Shown: positions 34,569-43,016 of the stretch, in pieces
Layout: every line of letters begins with the position of its first letter
Position numbering within the stretch: the first letter of the stretch is position 1
Assembly (NCBI GenBank): GCA_022820645.1
Contig: JAJEFD010000019.1
Span: 64,279 to 128,278, forward strand
Source: Dehalococcoidia bacterium
GTDB taxonomy: Bacteria; Chloroflexota; Dehalococcoidia; Lucifugimonadales; Australimonadaceae
Direction of reading: 5' to 3'
Length of the DNA: 64,000 nt
Program-made: the position numbers and the translations under genes
Notes under the pieces: generated by a model
Told to the model about the DNA's origin: nothing
Databases searched by the model: none
Seen by the model: the letters and a program-made list of their open reading frames with translations, nothing else

Positions 34569-36229
34569 TGGCGCTGTCCAGCATATCGCTCAAGGTGGCG
34601 CGAGACCGCTGGCTGGGGTGGGCGATCTCGGCAGCCAGCCTCACGCTCCTGCTGCTGTTCGGGATGGCGACCTACCGGGACATCGACCTCACCGTCTACA
34701 CCCAGTTGCCGGAGGCGTTCCGCTCGCTGCTCGGTATCGGAGAGGACGTCGACGTTGGCGGTCTGGCGATCGGCTATGTCTTCGGATCGTTCGGCGCCGT
34801 GGTGGTGGCCGTCATGGCGCTCGTCATGGGCAGCGCGGCGATCGCGGGCGAGGAGCGGAACGGCACCATGAACGTCCTGCTCGCAAACCCCAGGAGCCGC
34901 ACACACGTCCTGCTGTCCAAGGCGCTGGCCCTCGTCCTGCTCACGGCCCTCGCCGTCGCCGCCATCTGGATCACGGTCCACCCGATGGCCGCCCTGCTGA
35001 GCGTTGAGATCGGCGGCCTGGACGTGGAAGCCCTGGCGGTCCACCTGTACGTCAACGCCGTCTTCTACGGGATGCTTGCCCTGGCCATCGGCGCCGCGAC
35101 CGGCAACCGGGACACGGCGACGGGCGCGGCCTCGGGCATCCTGGTGCTGTCTTTCTTTGCCGTGGGCCTCCTCCCCCTTGTCCAGGGGCTGGAGGGACTG
35201 CGGAAAGCGTTCCCCTGGTACTACTTCGACGGCAGCGAGCCGGTCTACAACGGCATCGCGTGGGGACACCTGGCACTGCTGACCTCGGCGTCTGCCGCTC
35301 TTCTGGTCGCCGCCGTGGTTGCGTTCAATCGCCGTGACCTGAGAAGCCAGTCCGTCGGCGCCTCGCTGCTGGACAGGGTCCGGGGCAATCCGCTCCTCAA
35401 CAGGATGATCGGCCGGCTTGCCGGTTCAGCCAGAGTCTCGTCGATATGGCTCAAGACCGTCTCGGACTACCAGACCCTGCTGTTCGTCACGTCGGCTGCG
35501 ATGTTCCTGGTGATGGGCGTCATGCTGGGGCCGATGTATGCGTCGTTGCCGGAGGAGACGCTCTCTGCCTTCGATGCCTTCCCGGAGGAACTGATCGCGC
35601 TCTTCGGAGGCGGCGACCTGGGTACGCCGGAGGGCTGGTACACGCTGGAGACGTTCGGCCTGATGGCCCCCCTGTCGGTCATCCTGGTAACGGCGATCAT
35701 GGGCGCGGGAGCGCTGGCGGGGGAGGAATCGCGCCGCACGATGGCGCTGTTGCTGTCCAACCCCATAAGCCGTTCCCGGATCGTGATGGAGAAGGCCGTC
35801 ACGATGGTGCTGTTCGGTATCGCCGTCGGGGTTGCGACATTTGCCGGAGTGGCCCTCGGGTCGGTGCTCGGGGGACTCGGGATGTCCATAGGCAACATAG
35901 CCGCGACGTCCGCCCTCCAGGTGCTGGTGGGCCAGGTGTTCGGCGCCCTCGCGCTGGCCCTGAGCGCGGGCAGGGGACGCACGTCGGTTGCCGTGTTCGG
36001 CGCCGCGGGCGCGGCTCTCGCCTTCCACCTGCTGACCTCGTTGGCGGCCATCAACGATGCCCTTGCCGGCATCGCATGGCTGTCGCCGTTCCACTACTAC
36101 CTGGGCAGCGACCCGCTCGTGAACGGCATGGACTGGGGAGACGCCGCGGTACTCGCCGTGCTGGCCCTTGCGCTGATCGGCCTGTCGCTGATCCTGTTTC
36201 AGCGGCGGGACATAAGGCAGAGGGGGTAA
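34565..36229 (+). CDS. ABC-2-type permease (duplicated, about 12 TM)
   Basis: 554 aa, polytopic. A 4-nt overlap links it to the ATPase gene. Confidence 0.7.
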   Translation: MMALSSISLKVARDRWLGWAISAASLTLLLLFGMATYRDIDLTVYTQLPEAFRSLLGIGEDVDVGGLAIGYVFGSFGAVVVAVMALVMGSAAIAGEERNGTMNVLLANPRSRTHVLLSKALALVLLTALAVAAIWITVHPMAALLSVEIGGLDVEALAVHLYVNAVFYGMLALAIGAATGNRDTATGAASGILVLSFFAVGLLPLVQGLEGLRKAFPWYYFDGSEPVYNGIAWGHLALLTSASAALLVAAVVAFNRRDLRSQSVGASLLDRVRGNPLLNRMIGRLAGSARVSSIWLKTVSDYQTLLFVTSAAMFLVMGVMLGPMYASLPEETLSAFDAFPEELIALFGGGDLGTPEGWYTLETFGLMAPLSVILVTAIMGAGALAGEESRRTMALLLSNPISRSRIVMEKAVTMVLFGIAVGVATFAGVALGSVLGGLGMSIGNIAATSALQVLVGQVFGALALALSAGRGRTSVAVFGAAGAALAFHLLTSLAAINDALAGIAWLSPFHYYLGSDPLVNGMDWGDAAVLAVLALALIGLSLILFQRRDIRQRG

Positions 36230-36253
36230 CGGTCCCTGGTCGGAGTGCCTGAT

Positions 36254-36280
36254 CCCCTCTCCTGAGAGTGAGGGTGAACC
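36254..36280. repeat. REP-B (partial)
   Basis: CCCCTCTCCTGAGAGTGAGGGTGAACC. Confidence 0.6.
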
Positions 36281-36367
36281 GGCGGGGTGGGGGACGGAAC
36301 GGGATACGAGAGGAAGTTGCGTGGTATGCTCGATCAGAGGTTCTGACCGCCAAAGCGAGGGTAAACG

Positions 36368-36574
36368 ATGCGGCAAGTGGTTCTCCATCCGGGTGAGGAC
36401 GGATACTGGGTTGTTGAATGTCCCAGTCTGCCCGGCTGCATAAGCCAGGGCGAGACCAGGGACGCTGCCATCGCTAACATCAAGGAAGCCATCAGGGAGT
36501 ACGTGGCCGCTCTTGAGGAAGACGGGCTGCCGGTTCCCGAAGAGCGCTTCGAGGCACTAGTTGTAGCCGTATGA
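36368..36574 (+). CDS. hicB: HicB-family antitoxin (UPF0150-like)
   Basis: GEDGYWVVECPSLPGCISQGETRDAAIANIKEAI; a 4-nt overlap links it to hicA. Confidence 0.75.
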   Translation: MRQVVLHPGEDGYWVVECPSLPGCISQGETRDAAIANIKEAIREYVAALEEDGLPVPEERFEALVVAV

Positions 36575-36792
36575 CCGGGCTGCCCAGGATATCCGGGCAG
36601 GAGTGCGTTAAGGCTCTAGCCAGTATCGGCTTCTCTGTCAGGCGACAGCGTGGAAGCCACATGATTCTGCGACGAGACGACCCCTTTGCTCAGCTTGTCG
36701 TTCCCGACCACAGAGAGTTGGACCGCGGCACCCTGCGCGCCATCATCAGGCAAGCAGGGATGGGTGTAGAGGAGTTCACAGGACTACTCTGA
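36571..36792 (+). CDS. hicA: HicA-family mRNA interferase toxin
   Basis: SGQECVKAL...GF...RQRGSHMIL...VPDH.ELDRGTLRAIIRQAG. Confidence 0.75.
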   Translation: MTGLPRISGQECVKALASIGFSVRRQRGSHMILRRDDPFAQLVVPDHRELDRGTLRAIIRQAGMGVEEFTGLL

Positions 36793-36811
36793 GTCTCGTG
36801 TCGGCCAAAGC

Positions 36812-37678
36812 TCACCCCGCGTAAGCCGCGTCGAGCGCGAGCATCTCCGACATTCCCACTGTGTCGAAGCACTCCTGGATGCTGACCATGCGGTCGGCGA
36901 CGAGGTGCGCCGTCGTGCCGGTCTCGCGCAGCTCGCGCATGAGGTCGGTCATCGTCCTGAGCGCGGCGAGCATCGCGCTGATGGGGAATATCACGAGCTT
37001 GAACCCCAGCGCCTCCAGCTCGGAGACGGGCAGCAGGGGAGACTTCCCGGTCTCGACGTAGTTGTAGAGCACGGGCACGTCGAACCGGGCGGTCACGTCC
37101 ACCGCCTGCTCCCGCGTCTGAAGCGCCTCGAGGAAGAGCACGTCTGCGCCCGCCTCGACGTACGCCTCGCAGCGGCGGAGCGCGTCGTCCCAACCGGTGA
37201 CGGCGAGCGCGTCGCAGCGGGCGATGATCGTGAAGTCGTCGTCCTCGCGGGCGTCTAACGCCGCGTGCAGCTTGCGCACCATCTCCTCTGCCGGCACGAC
37301 GCGCTTGTCGTCCAGGTGCCCGCAGCGCTTCGGCGACTCCTGGTCCTCGATGTGGATGCCCGCGACGCCTGCCCGCTCGTACTCGCGCACCGTGCGTTGC
37401 ACCTGCAGCACGTCGCCGTAGCCGGTGTCGGCGTCGGCGATGACGGGGACACTCACGGTGCGGGCGATGGCCGCCGCGTTCGCCACCATCTCGCTCATCG
37501 TCGTGAGGCCGATGTCCGGGTAGCCGGTGCGGGATATGGACGTGCCCGCGCCGGTCATGTAGACGACCGGGAACCCGGCGCGCTCGATGACGGCGGCGCT
37601 GAGGCAGTCGTACGCGCCGGGCGCGGGGACGATGCCGGGCGCGGCGAGCAGTTCGCGCAAGCGTGTGGTGGTTCTCAT
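36812..37678 (-). CDS. Isocitrate lyase/PEP mutase-family protein (methylisocitrate lyase or carboxy-PEP mutase-like)
   Basis: PGAYD..SA, ADADTGYG, IHIEDQ..PKRCGH motifs; start at MRTTTRL. Confidence 0.75.
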   Translation of the reverse strand: MRTTTRLRELLAAPGIVPAPGAYDCLSAAVIERAGFPVVYMTGAGTSISRTGYPDIGLTTMSEMVANAAAIARTVSVPVIADADTGYGDVLQVQRTVREYERAGVAGIHIEDQESPKRCGHLDDKRVVPAEEMVRKLHAALDAREDDDFTIIARCDALAVTGWDDALRRCEAYVEAGADVLFLEALQTREQAVDVTARFDVPVLYNYVETGKSPLLPVSELEALGFKLVIFPISAMLAALRTMTDLMRELRETGTTAHLVADRMVSIQECFDTVGMSEMLALDAAYAG

Positions 37679-37764
37679 GGCAGCCTCCCCACGCCGCATT
37701 GACGCGGCGACGGGCCAACCATAGCCTACGGCGCGTCCCTTACGCCTGTCCGAGGAGGATGAAG

Positions 37765-38406
37765 ATGCCGTACGACACGCTCGACCCGAAGAAGACCGGA
37801 CTCGTGTTCTTCGACATGCTCAACGTCTATTTCCGGGGCTCCAGCGAGGAGAACCAGCGCAGGATGGAGCCTATCGTGGCGAACTGCGTGAAGGTGCGGG
37901 AGGTGGCGTCCGCACTCGGCGTGCCGTCGTTCTACCCGAAGGCCGACCACCGGTCGGACGGGATGGACTCGGCGCTCATCTACTCCGACACGAACTACGC
38001 GCTCGAACCCTGGCCGGACCCGGAGCAGGGCTTCACCGCGGCGTTCCGCAACGTGCACCATGGCAGCTGGACGTCCGAGGTCATCGACGAGCTCGCGCCG
38101 ACCCCGGACGACTACCTGATCCCCAAGCACCGGTGGAGCTCGTTCCACCAGACACACCTCCAGTTGAGCCTGCGCACGCGGGGCATCGACACCATCGTCC
38201 TGTTCGGCGGCGCGATCCACATCGGCGTCGCGAGCACGGCCTACTCCGCGCGGGACCTCGACTTCAACATCGTCGTCGTCAGCGACGCCTGCTCCGGCCC
38301 GGACGAGAACCTCAAACTCTTCATGGAGCGCATCTTCCCGATCTTCACGCGCGTCCGCACGGCTGACGAGGTGGTGGAGATGTTCAAGCGGGGCGCCACG
38401 GGCTAG
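37765..38406 (+). CDS. Isochorismatase-family cysteine hydrolase
   Basis: GLVFFDM..., K.RWSSF..., ...VVSDAC catalytic Cys pattern. GAGGAGG lies 6 nt upstream of the ATG. Confidence 0.7.
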   Translation: MPYDTLDPKKTGLVFFDMLNVYFRGSSEENQRRMEPIVANCVKVREVASALGVPSFYPKADHRSDGMDSALIYSDTNYALEPWPDPEQGFTAAFRNVHHGSWTSEVIDELAPTPDDYLIPKHRWSSFHQTHLQLSLRTRGIDTIVLFGGAIHIGVASTAYSARDLDFNIVVVSDACSGPDENLKLFMERIFPIFTRVRTADEVVEMFKRGATG

Positions 38407-38413
38407 CGTACCC

Positions 38414-38609
38414 GTCATTCCCGCACCGGCGGGAATCCAGAGTGCGCGGGCAGCGCACGCGGGGAAGGGATGGGTTGGGGTGTTGTCATGCTGAGCGTAG
38501 CCGAAGCATCTCTCGGGGCGCTGTCCGGTCTAGGGGCATCCCTTGTGGGTGCCCTTCCCCACCTCGCCCTCTGGGAGAGGTCAACGCGCCTGCGCGGCGG
38601 GTGAGGGTC
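38414..38609. repeat. Composite REP array: REP-A 38414-38440, REP-D 38485-38517, REP-C 38527-38554, REP-B 38557-38609
   Basis: Direct matches to the other copies. Confidence 0.8.
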
Positions 38610-38622
38610 GCCTGACGTACCG

Positions 38623-39975
38623 CTAACGCCTCCTCCTGTACCGCCGCCAGACTCCGACGAACGCAGCCACGAGCAGGGCGACCGTCACCACCTGCGCCAC
38701 CAGCCCCCACGCGGCCCCGTCCGCCATCGTGGGCATGTGCGTGCCGCTTGCAGGCAGCAGCGTCGGCGTTGGTTGTGCGGGCGCGCGCGTGGGTGTGGGC
38801 AGGGGAGTGTCTGCCCCCCTCTCCCTCCCAAACCTGTAGATGCCGCCGTCGAACCCGAGCACGTACACCTCGCCCGCTTCGTCCTCGCCGAACGACGGCA
38901 CCTGGAACTCGGCGCGGGCGAGTTGCGCCTGCTCCGTGACGCGCTCGCCGTCGTACCGCAGTCCCCAGATGCGCCCGGAGCAGAAGTCCGCGTACAGGTA
39001 GACGCCCCGCAGGTCGGGGATGCGCTGCCCGCGGTAGACGTAGCCGCCGGTGATGGAGCATCCCGAATCGCGGCCGTACTCTGCGATGGGCGGCTCGAAG
39101 GCGCCGGGGTCGCACGCAGGCCGGAAGCAGCGCGAGCCCTCCATCTCGTTCCAGCCGTAGTTGCCGCCCCGTCGGACGACGTCGACCTCCTCCAGCGCGT
39201 TCTGGCCGACGTCGCCCGTCCATAGATCGCCCGTCTCGCGGTCGAACGAGAAGCGCCACGCGTTGCGCAGCCCGTACGCCCATATCTCGCCGCGCGCATC
39301 GCTCCGGCCAACGAACGGGTTGTCCGAGGGAATGGCGTACGGCACGCCGCCCTCCGGCAGCGTCACGTCGATGCGGAGGATGGTCCCGAGCAGCGTCCCG
39401 AGGTTCTGTCCGTGCCGTCGCGAGTCTCCCGCCGAGCCGCCGTCGCCCAGCGCAACGTAGAGCATACCGTCCGGCCCGAACTCGATCATGCCGCCGTTGT
39501 GGTTGGAGTACGGCTGCGGCACTTCGAGCAGCACGGACCCGGAGGCGGGGTCGCCCAGGCCGTTGCCGCCGGTCTCGAACCGCGACAGCACCGAGCGCCG
39601 CGGCGACGCAGCGCTGTAGTAGACGTAGAAGCGCCCGTTCTCCGCGAACGCGGGGTCGAAGGCGAGGCCCAGCAGCCCCTCCTCGTTCCCGCGTCTGCTC
39701 ACGCGCGGGCTGACGTCCAGGAAGACGTCCGTCCGCTCCGGACTGTCGGGGTCGATGCGGTGCACCACGCCGTGCTGCTCCACGACGTACACCCGCCCAG
39801 AGCCGTCGCCCGCGTGGGTGAGCAGCACGGGCCGCTCGAACGTCAGCGCCGGGAAGACGCGCTCCAGCTCCAGCGCGGGCAGGGCGGCGTTCGGAGAAGG
39901 CGCAACCCCCGCGACTCCGGTGAGCGCAAGGAGCAAGAGGAAGGCGGCGGTCAGCAGTCGGGCGGGCAGGCTCAT
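38623..39975 (-). CDS. PQQ-dependent sugar dehydrogenase (sorbosone/glucose dehydrogenase-like beta-propeller) with a C-terminal TM anchor
   Basis: ...NHNGGMIEFGPDGMLYVALGDGG..., ...GLRNAWRFSFD.... It has an N-terminal signal peptide starting at MSLPARLL. An alternative GTG start is at 39993. Confidence 0.75.
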   Translation of the reverse strand: MSLPARLLTAAFLLLLALTGVAGVAPSPNAALPALELERVFPALTFERPVLLTHAGDGSGRVYVVEQHGVVHRIDPDSPERTDVFLDVSPRVSRRGNEEGLLGLAFDPAFAENGRFYVYYSAASPRRSVLSRFETGGNGLGDPASGSVLLEVPQPYSNHNGGMIEFGPDGMLYVALGDGGSAGDSRRHGQNLGTLLGTILRIDVTLPEGGVPYAIPSDNPFVGRSDARGEIWAYGLRNAWRFSFDRETGDLWTGDVGQNALEEVDVVRRGGNYGWNEMEGSRCFRPACDPGAFEPPIAEYGRDSGCSITGGYVYRGQRIPDLRGVYLYADFCSGRIWGLRYDGERVTEQAQLARAEFQVPSFGEDEAGEVYVLGFDGGIYRFGRERGADTPLPTPTRAPAQPTPTLLPASGTHMPTMADGAAWGLVAQVVTVALLVAAFVGVWRRYRRRR

Positions 39976-40008
39976 GGGAGGCCAGCGTATCACGAGGGCT
40001 CCGGTCTG

Positions 40009-40051
40009 CCCCCTCTCCCTTGAGGGGAGAGGGCTGGGGAGAGGGTGAACC
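40009..40051. repeat. REP-B
   Basis: CCCCCTCTCCCTTGAGGGGAGAGGGCTGGGGAGAGGGTGAACC. Confidence 0.8.
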
Positions 40052-40160
40052 GGCAGGCGGGGTGACCATGGCAGGGACCCCGGTTGCCGGAGCGGGGGTG
40101 CGCTCCTATCATGGAGAAGCCCCGCCGCCGTGCGGGGCGATCCTCCCTGAAAGGCATCGC

Positions 40161-40607
40161 ATGGACTTCAGCTACACCTACAAGGTCAACACGCCGCCGG
40201 ACGCGCTCTGGGCGTTCGTGACGGACATCCCCGCCGTCGGCATGTGCATCCCCGGCGCGGCGGACGTCGCCGAGACGGACGGGACGTACACAGGAACGGT
40301 GAAGGTGCGCGTCGGACCGGTCGCGCTGGGGCTCGCGGGCAAGCTGTGGATCGACTCGCGGGACGACGCCGCGATGCGCGTCTCGATGACCGGCGAGGGC
40401 GCGGACCGCAAGGTGCCGGGCAACGTCCGGGTGAAGATCGACATGGCGGTCGAGGACGCGGGCGACGGCGGCAGCAACCTCGTCGTGCACTCGGACGCCA
40501 ACATCATGGGCAAGCTGGGCGAGTTCGGCCAGGGCATCATCAAGCGCAAGACGGACGGCATCATGCAGGAGTTCGGCCGCAACCTGACCAAGCGGGTAGG
40601 GGGCTAA
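40161..40607 (+). CDS. SRPBCC/CoxG-family protein
   Basis: MDFSYTYKVNTPPDALWAFVTDIP...GTVKVRVGPV...GKLGEFGQGIIKRKTD; CoxG-like. Confidence 0.6.
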   Translation: MDFSYTYKVNTPPDALWAFVTDIPAVGMCIPGAADVAETDGTYTGTVKVRVGPVALGLAGKLWIDSRDDAAMRVSMTGEGADRKVPGNVRVKIDMAVEDAGDGGSNLVVHSDANIMGKLGEFGQGIIKRKTDGIMQEFGRNLTKRVGG

Positions 40608-40612
40608 CGACC

Positions 40613-40782
40613 CGTCATTCCCGCACCGGCGGGAATCCAGAGTGACCGGGCAGGTCACACGGTGGGGTGTGGGAGTGGGCGGCCTGTCATTTCGAGCGAA
40701 GCCGAGAAATCTCTCGGGCTGCCTGGTGTAGGGGCATCCCTTGTGGGTGCCCTTGCCCTCATCGTTCCAGCAAAGCTGGAAT
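40613..40782. repeat. Composite REP array: REP-A 40613-40639, REP-D variant 40685-40717, REP-C 40724-40751, REP-A variant 40760-40782
   Basis: Direct matches. The array lies left of the second AT-shifted islet. Confidence 0.8.
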
Positions 40783-40932
40783 CTATGACACCAGCCCCTT
40801 GCAACCGTGCATCCTTCGCCTGCTACCATACCGCCAACCTTCACAGGGGAGCGCAGGCATGTGCTTGACCACCCTCGGATCAGATGACCGAATGCACTCG
40901 GAGCCACGCCCTAGTAGATCAATGGTGGTCCG

Positions 40933-41814
40933 ATGAGTCGAGCAGCGTCACCCGTCTACCTCGACAACGTAAACGCTGAGGGCGCATCCTCCCCTGTAAG
41001 GCAGCGACGTCATCCGCAAGGCAAGCGGAAGATTGCCTTCGGGTGGTACGGCGGGAAGTTCAGCCACCTTGCATGGCTGCTTCCACTGTTGCCTCAGGCG
41101 CACCACTACTGCGAGCCCTTCGGTGGTTCAGCGGCGGTGCTCCTGAACCGTCCTCCTTCACCGGTAGAGACATACAATGACTTGGATGGTGAGGTAACGA
41201 CCTTCTTCCGGATGCTCCGTGCTCAGCCTGATGAGCTTGTCCGCCAGATTGCCCTAACCCCCTTCTCGCGGGAAGAGTTCTACATTGCCTGTCAGAGCGA
41301 AGAGGGCCTCACCGACCTTGAGCGTGCGAGGCGTTTCTTTGTGCGTGCTCGACAAGTGCGGACTGGTCTTGCTCAAACGGCCACGCTAGGGCGATGGGCA
41401 AATTGCAAGCAGACGAGCCGCGCAGGAATGTCTGGGGTCGTATCTCGCTGGCTCGGAAGCGTGGATTCTCTACCAGAGATTGCTGAGCGCCTTGTCCGGG
41501 TACAAATCGAGAACAGGCCCGCTGAGGATGTAATTCGCCTCTACGACCACAGTGACACGCTCTTCTACTGCGACCCTCCCTATCCCCATGAGTCGCGAGG
41601 CGACACACATGCCTACGGGGACGAAATGAGCGACCACGAACACCGCACCCTCGCGAAGTTGCTGAATGAGGTCAAAGGGAAGGTAGCCGTTTCTGGCTAT
41701 CGCTGTGAACTCATGGAAGATCTCTACAGCGATTTCCGGCGAATCGATGCCCCTGAGAAGTTGTGCCATTCGGTAAAGTCCGCACGGTTCGAGTCCCTGT
41801 GGGTCAACTATTAG
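40933..41814 (+). CDS. Dam-family (D12 class) N6-adenine DNA methyltransferase
   Basis: WYGGK, EPFGGSAAV (FxGxG SAM site) and DPPY (41572-41583). GC content is visibly lower than in the flanks. Confidence 0.85.
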   Translation: MSRAASPVYLDNVNAEGASSPVRQRRHPQGKRKIAFGWYGGKFSHLAWLLPLLPQAHHYCEPFGGSAAVLLNRPPSPVETYNDLDGEVTTFFRMLRAQPDELVRQIALTPFSREEFYIACQSEEGLTDLERARRFFVRARQVRTGLAQTATLGRWANCKQTSRAGMSGVVSRWLGSVDSLPEIAERLVRVQIENRPAEDVIRLYDHSDTLFYCDPPYPHESRGDTHAYGDEMSDHEHRTLAKLLNEVKGKVAVSGYRCELMEDLYSDFRRIDAPEKLCHSVKSARFESLWVNY

Positions 41815-41823
41815 TGAGGCTTT

Positions 41824-42903
41824 ATGCAGGTTGACTACGAAGTGAGCCGGGCACTCCTGGATGAACGGTTCGCTGCTGTGTCCACGGCAGCGATTCAAGG
41901 CGCTCGTCCGGCTACCCCTGCGAGCGTGGATACCTCCCTTAGGACATTATTCGAATCCAGCACTCAGTCCTACCGCGAAGCCTTGCTAGGCTGTGCGGTT
42001 GCCAGATGGTATGACCGACGAATCGACATCACGCTTCCGTATGTAGGGCTGGGTGACTTAGCATTTAGCGGTCGAATGCTAGACCAGAAGGTGGTAAATC
42101 CGTTCCTCCGCGACAACCATATCCCTTGTTCTGGTAACCCCTACCTCGCCGTGTTCAGGCGCTCGGTCGCATTTAATGCTGACACACGCAGCGGCCTACT
42201 TGATAAAGAAGGATATGACTCCTTTCTGTCCCTAATCAAACACGTTCGCACTCTAAGCAAAAGCAACATTGTGAATTTCATTGACCACCTACTGTTCCAC
42301 TTCTACGACCTGCGTGAGGCATCGCAAGTGCCCATAGCCCAGCTTGGCCGCATCAGCCTTGAACAGATAGCGACGCTGATGGACGGGCTGATAGCCATCC
42401 CGAGTGGCGGACGATTCCCTATGTACCTCGTTGAGGCTGCACTCGTGGGCATTCGAGGGCGATTCAACCTTGGCTGGGAGATTGAAGTACAAGGGATCAA
42501 CGTGGCGGATGCTCCGGGTGGGGCTGGAGGAGACGTGACCGTACGCGAGAACGGCGTGATTGCGTTTGCTGCCGAGGTGACGGAACGCGAAGTAAGCTCA
42601 GAGCGAGTTGTGGCGACCTTCCAGACGAAGATTGCCCCGAATGCCATTGCCGATTACCTCTTTCTGATTACAGATGGTGTCGCTGAACAAGCCCGCATCC
42701 AAGCTCGATCTTATTTTGCGCAAGGTCACGAGGTGAACTTCATCCAGATCAAGGACTGGATTCACCAGACCCTCGTGACTGTTGGGGCTGCGGGCAGGGA
42801 TGCCTTCTTCACTGCCCTGATGGCGCGGTTAGCGGATGAAGAAACTCCGAAGGCGATGAAGACGGCATGGAATGACCAAGTGGATCAGCTCACTCGCGTT
42901 TAG
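41824..42903 (+). CDS. Uncharacterised protein, candidate restriction endonuclease partner of the methyltransferase
   Basis: 359 aa, starting 9 nt downstream of the MTase gene on the same strand and in the same AT-shifted block. It has a possible PD-(D/E)xK-like segment GGDVTV-x10-AAEVTER. The family was not verified. Confidence 0.45.
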   Translation: MQVDYEVSRALLDERFAAVSTAAIQGARPATPASVDTSLRTLFESSTQSYREALLGCAVARWYDRRIDITLPYVGLGDLAFSGRMLDQKVVNPFLRDNHIPCSGNPYLAVFRRSVAFNADTRSGLLDKEGYDSFLSLIKHVRTLSKSNIVNFIDHLLFHFYDLREASQVPIAQLGRISLEQIATLMDGLIAIPSGGRFPMYLVEAALVGIRGRFNLGWEIEVQGINVADAPGGAGGDVTVRENGVIAFAAEVTEREVSSERVVATFQTKIAPNAIADYLFLITDGVAEQARIQARSYFAQGHEVNFIQIKDWIHQTLVTVGAAGRDAFFTALMARLADEETPKAMKTAWNDQVDQLTRV

Positions 42904-42972
42904 GCATTCCCAACTACCTCAGAGCGGGTAGACAGCGTCGCTCCCCCGATCCTGCCCATCCCCATTGTGACA

Positions 42973-43016
42973 CGCGCCCGTTGCGCGGTCGTCACGCCCC
43001 TCTCTACGATGGGTGC
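42973..43016 (+). promoter_or_regulatory. Predicted promoter with palindromic operator of ATPase paralogue 2
   Basis: TTGCGC, 18 nt, TACGAT, 6 nt, ATG. The palindrome CGCGC-CCGTT-GCGCG shows a compensatory change relative to copy 1. Confidence 0.45.

Noticed and set aside
40020-40160. N-terminal extension of the CoxG-like ORF (40020-40160), and similar extensions of 8069-8824, 9497-11386, 31861-32433 and 37663-37764.
   Set aside because: The extensions run through REP elements or lack family similarity. Internal ATG starts coincide with conserved N-termini, and some have SD-like sequences.
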